NCBI GenBank assembly: GCA_051251855.1
Contig: JBPOGI010000001.1
Coordinates: 640,001 to 704,000 of the forward strand
Direction of reading: 5' to 3'
Origin: Roseibacillus sp.
GTDB taxonomy: Bacteria; Verrucomicrobiota; Verrucomicrobiia; Verrucomicrobiales; Akkermansiaceae
Length of the DNA: 64,000 bases
The notes under the pieces: model-generated
The model's input: the letters and a program-made list of their open reading frames with translations, nothing else
What the model was told of the DNA's origin: nothing
The model's database searches: none
Shown: piece by piece, positions 9,904-19,487 of the stretch
How the letters are laid out: each line of letters begins with the position of its first letter
Numbering within the stretch: position 1 is the stretch's first letter
Made by a program: the position numbers and the translations under genes

Positions 9904-11709
9904 GTGGCGATTGACTTTCAGATCCAAGAAATGATTCATCAGGATGCTGATGGGGTGATTTTTCAGGCGTTGGACAAGCAGACTGGCCATTTGGTGGCGC
10001 TACGGAGGTTCTTTTTGCCAGATGAGGTGATCACGAGGCTGAAGGAGAAGGAAGAAAACGGAAAAACGATTTTCGAGAATGGGGTGGAGTGGTTGAAGTC
10101 GTTGGATGTTCCTCACCTTCAAAAGGTCGTGACGGGTGGATTCGATGATTTGGACGATACTCCCTACTTTGTAACGGAGTGGGTTGATGGCCGAAAGTTG
10201 ACGGAGGCGCATGAAGAGGGAATTTTTTCGGCTGGAGAAGGAGAGGTTTTTGATGGTCAGGCACGGGCGGTGTTAATGGCTTTGCCGATGGAGGTGCGGC
10301 CCGCTGTTTGCTTGGAGGAAGAGAGGATCTTGGTGTCCCGTGATGATAAGGGCGCTTTGTTAACGACGCTTTTATTGTCGCCACGTATCTTCTTTGGTGC
10401 GAAGGGCGGCATGGAGTTCAATAGCGTGGACCGGCAGGAGGTTCTTGAGGCTTTGAAGGAGCGGTTTCCGGCTGGTGAGGTCGCGCAGGCAGCGCCGGTG
10501 TCAGGGATAGTGAAAGGGCAGGTGACACCGGTGGCTGGTCAGGTGACGGGGACAATTTCTTCGAATACGCAACCCGTCCTGAAGAGTGCGCAAACGTCGG
10601 GAGGAAATGGATTACTCTGGGGGCTGATGGTGGCCCTAGTGGCGGTTCTCGGGGTGGGAGGTTGGTTAGTCTTTAGGGGGGGGAGCGATGAGATCGCAGA
10701 GGTTGCGGAAAAGGCGGAAGTGATGAAGCAGGAGTCTGAGGCGGAGGATGACTCTGCTGAGAAGGAAGCGACTGAAGAGGTGGTTGTCGAGGGTGAGAGT
10801 GACACTGAGTCTGCCGAGATGGCAGCGGTTGTGGAACCGGAAGTTGCAGAGCCAGTGGAAGAGTTTGTAGCGGAACCGGAGGTGACTTTAAGCGACGAGA
10901 GTCAAGAGATTGCTGCGGCGGAAGTGCCAATCGAAGATATGGAGCCGCCTCCTGTGATGACTCCTCCGACTCCTGATTCTTCCCAAGTGGAAGAGCCGAG
11001 TGCGACAGGAGAGGGAGTGCCCTCTGGGGGTGCGGAAAAGGTGGTTGCTGGGGCGAAGGACTATTATACTCCTAAGGATTTGGCGACATTGAAGAAAATG
11101 GGAGGCAAGGAGGTTAAGTTCCGCGGGAAGGTTATGGAGAGTAACGAGAGCGGAGGACAAAAGACGCTTTGGTATCTCGATTTTGGCAATTATAGAAGAC
11201 AACCATTTGTAATTTTTAGGCATAGGGATAACCCAACTCCGGCTAAGCGAGAGGACTGGGATGCTTTTGTGGGAAAAGTCGTCTATGTGAAAGGCACGGT
11301 TGAGACCAATAACGGTAAAGGAGGTAGAGGTAGCGGGGTTTGGATTAAGATCTCTAAAATGGATGACGTTCAACTGGAGCCGGAGAAGCCGAAAGAGGTG
11401 ATCTATCAGTTTGCTGATTTGGATGACTTGCGGGTGGTTTCGCCAGGAGAGAAGGTGATTTTTGAAGGAGATTTTAGGGGACATCGCACACGTGAAAAAT
11501 TCGTGTATTTGCTTTTCAAGGATGGGAACGCGATCGTCGGCCGGTTCGATGTCGGGGGGCCTCTGTCGACTCAAGCAATCTTGGAAAAACTTGAAAAACT
11601 CAAGGGTAAGAAGGTGAGGCTCGTTGGTGTGGGAGCATCTGATGAGAACCCTAATTTTCAAGTGGTGATTCAGCTCAATGAGCAAGATGGGTTTCAAGAG
11701 GCCAAGTAG
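9904..11709 (+). CDS. Membrane protein with degenerate Ser/Thr kinase-like N-domain, acidic linker and two OB-fold-like domains
   Basis: GVIFQALD..VALRR and PYFVTEWVDG resemble kinase subdomains I-V; central TM; C-terminal 'GKEVKFRGKV' and 'GKKVRLVG' repeats. Confidence 0.65.
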   Translation: MAIDFQIQEMIHQDADGVIFQALDKQTGHLVALRRFFLPDEVITRLKEKEENGKTIFENGVEWLKSLDVPHLQKVVTGGFDDLDDTPYFVTEWVDGRKLTEAHEEGIFSAGEGEVFDGQARAVLMALPMEVRPAVCLEEERILVSRDDKGALLTTLLLSPRIFFGAKGGMEFNSVDRQEVLEALKERFPAGEVAQAAPVSGIVKGQVTPVAGQVTGTISSNTQPVLKSAQTSGGNGLLWGLMVALVAVLGVGGWLVFRGGSDEIAEVAEKAEVMKQESEAEDDSAEKEATEEVVVEGESDTESAEMAAVVEPEVAEPVEEFVAEPEVTLSDESQEIAAAEVPIEDMEPPPVMTPPTPDSSQVEEPSATGEGVPSGGAEKVVAGAKDYYTPKDLATLKKMGGKEVKFRGKVMESNESGGQKTLWYLDFGNYRRQPFVIFRHRDNPTPAKREDWDAFVGKVVYVKGTVETNNGKGGRGSGVWIKISKMDDVQLEPEKPKEVIYQFADLDDLRVVSPGEKVIFEGDFRGHRTREKFVYLLFKDGNAIVGRFDVGGPLSTQAILEKLEKLKGKKVRLVGVGASDENPNFQVVIQLNEQDGFQEAK

Positions 11710-11826
11710 AGAAGGAGAGAAGTCGTTCTCGTCGGTTATCGTCAAATTAAGAGAGGTTTTCCCTCTTGTTGACTAAAAGTCTTTTGGTTCGAAGTGAAAT
11801 TGATGAGGCTTCTGCTTAGAAACTCT

Positions 11827-12762
11827 ATGAAAAAGCTTTTTACCCTCATTGCCTTTGTGCCTTGTCTTCTTTGCGGGGAGGACTGGACTCCACTTCTTGA
11901 TTCCGAACTCTCCAAGTGGGAGATTTTTATGGGGGTGCCTCATGAGAGTGTCTCTGTGGAAGATTATGTCCCGAAAGAGGGGACGGACCATATGTCGGGG
12001 GTGGCAATTGGCTTGGGGAAGGATCCGCTGGAGGTATTTCGAATGATTGAAGTGGAGGGGAAGCCGGTACTCCATATCAGTGGGCAGATCTACGCTGGTT
12101 TAAGCACGAAGAAGGAGTTTGAGAATTATCACCTCAGGCTGGACTTCAAGTGGGGCGAGAAGAAGTGGGAACCACGCTTGAATGCGCCTAGAGACAGTGG
12201 GTTGTTATTTCATTGTGTGGGTGAGCATGGAGCCTTTTGGAATGTGTGGTTACAGTCTCAGGAGTTTCAAATTCAGGAGAAGGATTGCGGTGACTTTATT
12301 CCGTTGGCGGGGACTTCGGCGCACATTCCTGTGGGGCCCTACGGATATAAGAATGAGAAGCAGGCGGTTTATATGCCGGGTGGTGATTTACGCTCGAGGA
12401 CGGGCTATACGCAGCACGGTGGGAGTGAGGAGAAGCCCAATGGCGAGTGGAATACTCTGGAGCTTTACACGGTGGGGGATAGTGCGGTTTTTGTGGTGAA
12501 CGGGACACCGAATATGGCTCTCTTTGATATGCAGCAAAGGAATCTTGAGGGAAAAGGCCGAGTGAAGTCTGTGAAAGGAAGGATTCAGTTGCAGTCAGAA
12601 GCTGCGGAGATTTTTTATCGAAATATCGAGATTCGTTCGATTGAAGAGTATCCCGCTGAGTTGAGTGAGTTTACTAAACGGCCCGAGGGCGATGTGGAGA
12701 AGTGGGATGGTGACAAGGCGGAAGAGGTCGTCGCGGAATTGAGGGCGAAGGAAAAGGGGTAG
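11827..12762 (+). CDS. DUF1080 (3-keto-disaccharide hydrolase family) secreted protein
   Basis: FENYHLRLDFKWG, DSGLLFH, EFQIQE, GEWNTLEL, GRIQLQSEAAEIFYRNI motifs; signal peptide from ATG 11827. Confidence 0.9.
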   Translation: MKKLFTLIAFVPCLLCGEDWTPLLDSELSKWEIFMGVPHESVSVEDYVPKEGTDHMSGVAIGLGKDPLEVFRMIEVEGKPVLHISGQIYAGLSTKKEFENYHLRLDFKWGEKKWEPRLNAPRDSGLLFHCVGEHGAFWNVWLQSQEFQIQEKDCGDFIPLAGTSAHIPVGPYGYKNEKQAVYMPGGDLRSRTGYTQHGGSEEKPNGEWNTLELYTVGDSAVFVVNGTPNMALFDMQQRNLEGKGRVKSVKGRIQLQSEAAEIFYRNIEIRSIEEYPAELSEFTKRPEGDVEKWDGDKAEEVVAELRAKEKG

Positions 12763-12837
12763 CCAAGTTGGTGACAACTTGGGCGGGGTAGATCACGAAG
12801 TCTGCCTCCCAGCCTGAATTGTTACAAATTCAGCTAC
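12759..12837. repeat. Inverted pair of GTAG-type REP hairpins (REPIN-like) between convergent genes
   Basis: GTAG-CCAAGTTG-GTGA-CAACTTGG at 12759-12782 and, on the minus strand, GTAG-CTGAATTT-GTAA-CAATTCAG ending at 12837. Confidence 0.7.
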
Positions 12838-12861
12838 GTAGGAAAGGGACAGGGTGCAAAT

Positions 12862-13620
12862 TTACAATCCTTCGGCGAAAGGCCTTAGGAGGTAGCCAAT
12901 GGTGTAGGCGAGGCCGGAGGCGAAGGCGCCGATGGCGAGGGTTTCAAGGATGCCCATGAAGGTGTTCTGGCCGACGACACGAGCCTTGAGGGCTCCGACG
13001 ATGGCGAAGGAGAAGGCGGTGAGGATGCAGGCGGGGAGAAAAGGGTTCCCAATGAGGCCGGGGCGAGCGAGGTCGAGGAAGTAGGCGAGGAGGGGGATGA
13101 CGCCGATGGCAAGGAAGGCTAGGAAAGTAGCGAGAGCGGCTTTCCAGGCTGTGGGGCGCTCGGAGGTGATGCCGTGTTCTTCTAATAGCATGGTTTCGAG
13201 CCAGCGGTCTTGGTCGGATGTGATGACCTCGACGACTTTTTCGAGGGCTTCGCCTTGGAAGCCCTTGGCTGCGAAAATTTGACGGATTTCTTCGCGTTCG
13301 CCCTCGGGGTGAAGGGCGATTTCGGCTTCCTCTTCGCGGCGAGCACGATTGGCGGCTTGGTTTTCGGCACGGGTGCCGAGGAAGTTTCCGGAAGCCATGG
13401 AAAAGCCGTCGGCTAACAGGTTGGCTGCGCCTAAAACGATAACGATGCCGGAGGGGAGGCCGGCTCCGGCGACTGAGGAGACGACGGCGAAGGTGGTGAC
13501 AGCTCCATCAATGGCTCCGTAAATCGAGTCTTTGAGGAAGTCTTGGGAAGACCCCGCAGAGATACGCTCCTGAATGGCTTCGGGAGTGTGCTCGGCTTCG
13601 TGATCGTGGTGGTGGGACAA
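12862..13620 (-). CDS. VIT1/CCC1 family Fe/Mn transporter
   Basis: IYGAIDGAVTTFAVV, ANLLADGFSMA and E-rich EREEIRQIF motifs. Confidence 0.93.
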   Translation of the reverse strand: MSHHHDHEAEHTPEAIQERISAGSSQDFLKDSIYGAIDGAVTTFAVVSSVAGAGLPSGIVIVLGAANLLADGFSMASGNFLGTRAENQAANRARREEEAEIALHPEGEREEIRQIFAAKGFQGEALEKVVEVITSDQDRWLETMLLEEHGITSERPTAWKAALATFLAFLAIGVIPLLAYFLDLARPGLIGNPFLPACILTAFSFAIVGALKARVVGQNTFMGILETLAIGAFASGLAYTIGYLLRPFAEGL

Positions 13621-13625
13621 AGTGT

Positions 13626-15044
13626 TTAGAGGATGTCGCCGGGGGTGTAGGTGGCGGCGTCGGGGTGTTTGGCGACGATTTCTCCGACGGTGCTGGTGAA
13701 GCTTTGGATTTGGGCGGGAGCGTTGCCGGTGTTGGTCTTGTTGGCTTCGAGAAGGGCTTCGAGGGCGGGGAGGTCGAGGGGGAGGCGATCGTCGTTGGCG
13801 AGGCGCTGAAGAAGGTCGTTCTCCTTGAGGGTTCCGCCTCGGAGGTCGGCGACGGTGGCGAGGGCGTGCTCTTTGATGACGTGGTGCGCGGTTTCGCGGC
13901 CGACTCCGGCTTTGACGGCGGCCATCATAATGGTTGTGGTGAGGAGGAAGGGGAGATAGTGGGCTGTTTCTTTGGCAATGACGGCGGGGTAGGTCTCCAT
14001 TTGGTCAAGGACGGTGAGGAGGGTTTCGAACAATCCGTCGCAGGCAAAGAAGGCGTCGGGGAGCATCACGCGGCGGACCACGGAGCAGGAGACGTCGCCT
14101 TCGTTCCATTGGTCGCCGGCAAGGGAGGAGGCCATGGCGAGGTGGCCTTTGAGGATGGCGTGGAAGCCGTTGATGCGCTCGCAGGAGCGAGAGTTCATCT
14201 TGTGCGGCATGGCAGAGGAACCGGTTTGGCCAGGGGCGAAGCCTTCGGAGGCGGTTTCATGACCAGCCATGAGGCGCAGGGTCTTGGCGAAGGAGGAAGG
14301 GCCGCTGCCGAGTTCGACGAGAGAAGCGACGACGGAGAAGTCGAGGGAGCGGGGGTAAACTTGACCGACGTTCTCCCAGACGTCGGGGATGCCGAGGTGG
14401 GTGGCGAGGCTTTTTTCGAGTTGGGCCACTTTGGCTGAATCGCCATCAAAGAGGGAAAGTTGATCGAGTTGAGTTCCGACCGCTCCTTTGAGTCCGCGCA
14501 CGCAGTAGCTGGCGATGAGGTGCTCGAAACGCATGAGGGCGTCGATAAGCTCTTCCCCGAACATGGCGAGGCGTTTGCCGTAGGTGGTGGTCTGGGCGGC
14601 GACGTTGTGGGTGCGAGCGGTGATGACGAGCTCGGCGTTCTCGGTGGAAAGCTTGGCCAGACGTGCGAGGGCGGCGACGGTTTTGTCGCGCATGAGGAGA
14701 AGGGATCGGTAGACTTGCAGCTGCTCGACGTTCTCGGTGAGGTCCCGCGAGGTCATTCCTTTGTGGAGCTGCTCGTGGCCAGCAAGATCGTTGAATTCTT
14801 CGATGCGCGCTTTGACGTCGTGGCGAGTGATACGTTCGCGTGCGTCAATTGCGGGGAGGTTAATTTGGGTTTTGACGGATTCGTAGGCGTCGAGGGCTTC
14901 GTCGGGGATGTCGAGGCCGAGGTCCTTTTGTGCGCGGGCGACGGCAAGCCAGAGTTCGCGTTCGAGGAGGATTCGGCCTTCTGGGGACCAGATGTCTTTG
15001 AGGGCAGGAGAGGCGTATCGTTCAGCGAGGACGTTTGGAATCAT
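13626..15044 (-). CDS. purB: Adenylosuccinate lyase
   Basis: TRHDV, HKGMTSRD, ARTH and GSSAMPHKMN signature. Confidence 0.97.
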   Translation of the reverse strand: MIPNVLAERYASPALKDIWSPEGRILLERELWLAVARAQKDLGLDIPDEALDAYESVKTQINLPAIDARERITRHDVKARIEEFNDLAGHEQLHKGMTSRDLTENVEQLQVYRSLLLMRDKTVAALARLAKLSTENAELVITARTHNVAAQTTTYGKRLAMFGEELIDALMRFEHLIASYCVRGLKGAVGTQLDQLSLFDGDSAKVAQLEKSLATHLGIPDVWENVGQVYPRSLDFSVVASLVELGSGPSSFAKTLRLMAGHETASEGFAPGQTGSSAMPHKMNSRSCERINGFHAILKGHLAMASSLAGDQWNEGDVSCSVVRRVMLPDAFFACDGLFETLLTVLDQMETYPAVIAKETAHYLPFLLTTTIMMAAVKAGVGRETAHHVIKEHALATVADLRGGTLKENDLLQRLANDDRLPLDLPALEALLEANKTNTGNAPAQIQSFTSTVGEIVAKHPDAATYTPGDIL

Positions 15045-15175
15045 GTGCGGAGGGAGTTTGGACAGGAATTCTGGGATGAAACAGAATTTTGAGGGGCTTG
15101 ATTGTTATTTTTCAACGGTTTGTATGGGAAAAGAACCCTGATTTATCGAAAAACAGTACAAAACAGTGAATTGCG

Positions 15176-16429
15176 TTGGGGCGTGGTGACGTTATACTTC
15201 TTGAAGTGGCGAAAGAATATCAGTGGGAGAGTGGTGGCTATGATGTCCGTTCCGGAGGGGGCGGGGGCATGGGCTATGGCTTTTCGGTGCTGCTTTCGGT
15301 GATTGTAGGGGTGGCGCTTTTTACGGGGGCGTTGTTTGGAATGTCCCATTTGAAGATTTGGTTGGGAATCATCGAGCCGCTGGAGATCAAGAGTAAGGCT
15401 TTCAATCTGGAGCAGGTGGAGATTTCGTCGGAGCCGTTACCCGAGGTTGAGGAAGAGATTGTGGTTTCGGAGACGACAGATGCCACAGAGTTGCTGGCGG
15501 AAGTGGAGGAGTTGATTCCGGAGTTGGATAATATGGAATTAGATATTTCACCGGAGATTATGCAGCCGGAAGTGGCGCTAGAGGCGAGTATTCCACTGGA
15601 TGCAGGAGAGGAATTTGGGGAATTGCTAGAGCCGGTGGCGGCGCCGGAGGTGGATCATGTGCTCGACCAGATTGGGCGCACGGAGAATCTCTTTCAAGAG
15701 GCGGCGACGGGCCAGATTATGGTGGAGGAGGGCTCGGTGAAGGCGGATATCGTGGATCCGGACGAATTTCTTAAGGATATGGCAAGCAAGGGTAGTGGGG
15801 GGCTTTCGGAAGATGGGCTGCCTTCTGGTTATGCGAGTATCGATGGTTTGTTGCGGATGGCGACGGGCGAATTGAGCCGCAGTCGGGCGGCTTTGCCGAG
15901 TGATTTGTTGTTCGAGTATGATAGTGCGCAGCTTCGTGAGACTGCGCGGCTCGGGCTGATGAAGCTGGCGATGTTGATCGACCGCAATCCGCAAATGTTC
16001 TGTATCTTGGAGGGGCATTCCGATTTGTTCGGTGATAGCGGCTACAATTTGAATCTTTCGCGACAGCGGGCTCAAGCGGTGAAGAGTTGGTTGGTAGACT
16101 CGATGCGGCTTAATGGAGAGCGGATTGTGGTGCGGGCGTATGGAAGTACGCAGCCGAAGGTAATGGCGGGCTCGATTGAAGAGCAAGCGATCAACCGTCG
16201 GGTAGATATTTTGATGAGGAAGGAATTGCCGGCTGAAATTTCGCCACAGATTCAGGAGAGATTACCGAGTCGGCCGGTGCCTGCAGCAGAGAGGCAACCG
16301 TTGAAAGCTCTTAGGGTGGATGATGAGGCTCCCAGTGAGCCCAAGCCTTTGCGTGCGTTACCGAGTGAACCTGAGGAGCCAAGCAAGCCTGTTGAGCGTA
16401 AGCCGTTGCGGGCATTGCCGGTGGAATAA
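15176..16429 (+). CDS. Membrane-anchored OmpA/MotB-like peptidoglycan-binding protein
   Basis: N-terminal TM; LLFEYDSAQL, EGHSD..G..YNLNLS..RA and NRRVDI motifs; true start may be GTG at about 15206. Confidence 0.88.
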   Translation: MGRGDVILLEVAKEYQWESGGYDVRSGGGGGMGYGFSVLLSVIVGVALFTGALFGMSHLKIWLGIIEPLEIKSKAFNLEQVEISSEPLPEVEEEIVVSETTDATELLAEVEELIPELDNMELDISPEIMQPEVALEASIPLDAGEEFGELLEPVAAPEVDHVLDQIGRTENLFQEAATGQIMVEEGSVKADIVDPDEFLKDMASKGSGGLSEDGLPSGYASIDGLLRMATGELSRSRAALPSDLLFEYDSAQLRETARLGLMKLAMLIDRNPQMFCILEGHSDLFGDSGYNLNLSRQRAQAVKSWLVDSMRLNGERIVVRAYGSTQPKVMAGSIEEQAINRRVDILMRKELPAEISPQIQERLPSRPVPAAERQPLKALRVDDEAPSEPKPLRALPSEPEEPSKPVERKPLRALPVE

Positions 16430-16490
16430 GGGAGCGATTCCGCGGGGCGCCTAAGAGTCTGGGTGAACGGAGTGGGGTATTCGCGGTCCG

Positions 16491-17339
16491 TTGTTGGCGT
16501 TTCTTGACTGGAGGGAGGTGTTGGGGAAGGGTCTTGCCGTGCGAGCTTTGTCTTTGGTTGAAAATCCTAGTGGGATTCTAGCGTTCGATTTTGATGGCAC
16601 GATGCATTGCCCGGAGCATCAACCTCCGGTGGATGAGAGGTTGTTAGAATGGATCGAACGGTTACGGGAGCAAGAGCAGATGATTTGGGGAGTTTGCACG
16701 GGGCGCTCGATGATGCATCTGATGGAGGGGATGGCGCGGAGTTTGCGTTTTTTACCCGACTTTGCGATCACGCGAGAGAGGGAGATTTTTTTTCCCAACC
16801 GGTTCGGGCGTTTCATTCCTGACGAGGATTGGAACAAGCGTTGTGATAAAGACCACAAGCGGTTGTTCAAGAAAGTGAAGAAGGAGTTGAAGGCGATTCG
16901 GAAGTACGTTGAGGAGACCGCGAAGGGAGAATGGGTTGCGGTGGAGGGAGATTTGGCGGGGGTGGTGTTGCCGCACGAAGAGGAGATGGAGGGGTTGTTG
17001 GTTGAGATTGATAGGCTTTGCGCAGGCTGCGAGAATTTGGGGCACGAGCGCAATGGGATCTATCTACGCTTTAGCCATACTGATTATGGGAAAGGACCTG
17101 CGCTGAAGGAGGTTGCGCGTCGGGTGGGAGCTGCGCCGGAAAAGGTGGTGGCAGGGGGAGATAATTTCAACGATCTCACGATGCTTTCAGCGGAGGTTAC
17201 GGCTCGTCCGGTATGTCCAGGGAATGCGGTTGCGGAAGTGAAAGCGCGGGTGAAGGAAATAGGTGGAGCGGTTGGGGAGTCGGTTGCGAGCGTGGGTATA
17301 GTGGAGGCGCTGGAGGAGATTTTTGGGGAAGCAGATTGA
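16491..17339 (+). CDS. HAD-superfamily subfamily IIB hydrolase (Cof/sucrose-phosphatase-like)
   Basis: FDFDGT motif I, CTGRS motif II, KG and GDNFND motifs; start uncertain. Confidence 0.88.
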   Translation: MLAFLDWREVLGKGLAVRALSLVENPSGILAFDFDGTMHCPEHQPPVDERLLEWIERLREQEQMIWGVCTGRSMMHLMEGMARSLRFLPDFAITREREIFFPNRFGRFIPDEDWNKRCDKDHKRLFKKVKKELKAIRKYVEETAKGEWVAVEGDLAGVVLPHEEEMEGLLVEIDRLCAGCENLGHERNGIYLRFSHTDYGKGPALKEVARRVGAAPEKVVAGGDNFNDLTMLSAEVTARPVCPGNAVAEVKARVKEIGGAVGESVASVGIVEALEEIFGEAD

Positions 17340-17384
17340 GCCTGCAAGAGGGGCATTTTATGTTTGCCCGTATAGCCCGACTAA

Positions 17385-17652
17385 TACCATTCTCACAGTT
17401 AAATCGATGCAATGGTTTTATTTTTGGTCCTAAGAAAAGCGCTGCGCGAGCACTCAGAAAGTCGGCCCAAGTTTCCCAATACCCGCGTTGCTTGCTGCTC
17501 CCCCCCGGTCGCACCCTTCGGGTTGCCTTGGCAGGCAAGCTATCTCGCTCCGCTCGTTTCTTGTTCAGAGTGCTAGCACTCCTCCCTCGGCGCGCCTTGG
17601 TTTTGGAAAGCCTGATTCCGACCATTACACCAATTTAACTGCTCAAATGGTA
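17385..17652. mobile_element. MITE-like non-autonomous element (268 bp) with imperfect terminal inverted repeats and TAA target duplication
   Basis: Left TACCATTCTCACAGTTAAATCGATGCAATGGT vs right ACCATTACACCAATTTAACTGCTCAAATGGTA (7 mismatches over 32 bp); TAA at 17382-17384 and 17653-17655. Confidence 0.75.
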
Positions 17653-17743
17653 TAAAGTCTCAGAGGGAAGGAAGTCACCGTAGAGATTACGCTAGGTCAG
17701 GGCGTGGGGGAATAATGATCCGCTCGGGATGAGCGGATTGACC

Positions 17744-17769
17744 GTCGCGGGACAGAGTCCTCGCGCCAC
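17744..17769 (-). repeat. GTGG-type REP-like hairpin
   Basis: Minus strand GTGG-CGCGAGGAC-TCT-GTCC-CGCG-AC, downstream of the 17785 gene. Confidence 0.5.
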
Positions 17770-17784
17770 GTAAACTTTGAGGCT

Positions 17785-18285
17785 CTAGGCCAGTTTGAGA
17801 CGATCGTCCTCTTCGAGGATTTTGGTCAGGTTGTCCCAGCCAGTGGCGGTTTGAAGATTGAAGACTTGAAAGTAGAGTGCGACGACTTTGGAATCGAACA
17901 TTTCTAACAGTCTGTCGATTGTGGCGGCAAGTTTGTCGTCCTCGAGGGTTTCGGGAAGCTCGCCGATGACTTGGCCATTGCCGTCGTGTTCGATTTCCAT
18001 ACGGTCACAGAAGGTACGGAGAAGGTCCTGATGCCCTTTCATGAACCAGACTTGAAGAAGGTGCTCGCCGACGAGATCCTGAGTTTTCAGCTTCAGGATT
18101 TTGTGCATGAAAGCGATTTGGTCATCGATAGATTTCTTCTGAAGAAAGACGAGTCGAAGTTTACGAGCCTGACCAAGAGAGGAGAGGGTGGTCTTGTAGA
18201 GATTGCGTTCCTCGGTGCGCATCCAACGGAACATGTCTACGATGACGGCGGGATCGATGATTTGGTAAATAAGGTGAGCTTTCAC
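17785..18285 (-). CDS. Conserved hypothetical protein
   Basis: Protein-like composition from GTG 18285 (KAHLIYQ...); the upstream Pro-rich extension to 18390 looks spurious. Confidence 0.7.
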   Translation of the reverse strand: MKAHLIYQIIDPAVIVDMFRWMRTEERNLYKTTLSSLGQARKLRLVFLQKKSIDDQIAFMHKILKLKTQDLVGEHLLQVWFMKGHQDLLRTFCDRMEIEHDGNGQVIGELPETLEDDKLAATIDRLLEMFDSKVVALYFQVFNLQTATGWDNLTKILEEDDRLKLA

Positions 18286-18424
18286 AGAGATTGGTATGGA
18301 GGGAGAATTGCTTGGCGAAGGGAGGGGATGCAAGCGCGAAAGAGGGACAGGGGGAGCCAATGCTGTCTTGCGCAACACACGTTTTTTCAACGCTTTCTTG
18401 AGTTTGTTCCGCTAGACTCACGAC

Positions 18425-19123
18425 ATGAGCGATTCAGAAACAGTTGAGGAGGGTAATTCGGGCCGAGAGCGGAGCCCTTTTTCCTTCTTTTTAGGGCTGG
18501 CGCTGCTGGTGGCAGTAGCGGGCGCGGTTTGGTGGTTTGTGATGGTAAAGCCGGCGCAATCGATGGCGGAGTCGACCATTGAGAAGGTAGAGAAGTTCTT
18601 TGGAGGGATTTTGGGGAGTCGGGGCACGGTGACGCGATTGGATTCGTCGTCTATCTTGAAGGTATCGGATGTGGGGGAATTGGCGTTGATGGAGTTCGAT
18701 ATGAAGGTGAACAAGGAGATTGAGAGTGAGGCGGTGGTGATTGGACCACTGACGAGCACCAAGCGGTTACGTATGGAGGGACGGTTTAAGGTGAAAATTG
18801 GCTATGATATCACGAATGGTCTCGCGGTGGGTTATGATGAGGAGGGTAAGGCTGTGATTCAGGGATTAGGGGAGCCGATGGTGCTTTCCGCTGAGATGGA
18901 GTCTGTGAAGACGGTGGAGGATAAGAGTGGAATTTGGAATAAAGTGGACGGCAAGGATCGGGATGAGTTGATCGGGCAGCTTCGATTGCAGGCGATTCGG
19001 GATGTAAAGGAAAGTGGGATGCTGCAGCAGATGGATGCGCTGATGCAGCAGAATATGAAGGCGCTTTTAGGAGTGGATGATATTCAGATGGATGCTGAAT
19101 ATATGCCGGCTGTTGTGCCGTAG
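18425..19123 (+). CDS. DUF4230-like membrane-anchored protein
   Basis: N-terminal TM; ELAL, VKIGYDI and A..SGML motifs typical of DUF4230. Confidence 0.65.
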   Translation: MSDSETVEEGNSGRERSPFSFFLGLALLVAVAGAVWWFVMVKPAQSMAESTIEKVEKFFGGILGSRGTVTRLDSSSILKVSDVGELALMEFDMKVNKEIESEAVVIGPLTSTKRLRMEGRFKVKIGYDITNGLAVGYDEEGKAVIQGLGEPMVLSAEMESVKTVEDKSGIWNKVDGKDRDELIGQLRLQAIRDVKESGMLQQMDALMQQNMKALLGVDDIQMDAEYMPAVVP

Positions 19124-19138
19124 TTTGACGAGACGAAG

Positions 19139-19468
19139 GTGATGTCCGAGTTCGTTGCTCAAGTTATGTTTCTTCTCGGAATGGTGTGTTTTCCGGCTTC
19201 TTTGGCATTCTTTCTATCGGGATGGTTCGCCAAGTCTCTTCGTCAAGGGATGCTGCTGTTGGTCTTCTCTTCGTTCGCTGGCTGCCACTTTCTTTGGTAT
19301 TTTCGAACCCTAGGAACGGCTTTGGGTGATAAGCTTGGCACTGCGACTTATCCGATTTGGTGGCACTATATGCTCGTTGCTATTTTACCTGCGATGCTCT
19401 TGGTTCTCGTGCGACATGCGCTGGCGAATCTAAAGAAGGTATCGCCAAATAGCAGTTCAGCGAAATGA
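19139..19468 (+). CDS. Small hypothetical membrane protein (about 3 TM)
   Basis: Hydrophobic ORF co-oriented between two genes with short gaps. Confidence 0.6.
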   Translation: MMSEFVAQVMFLLGMVCFPASLAFFLSGWFAKSLRQGMLLLVFSSFAGCHFLWYFRTLGTALGDKLGTATYPIWWHYMLVAILPAMLLVLVRHALANLKKVSPNSSSAK

Positions 19469-19487
19469 ACGAAACATCTGAAACGAA

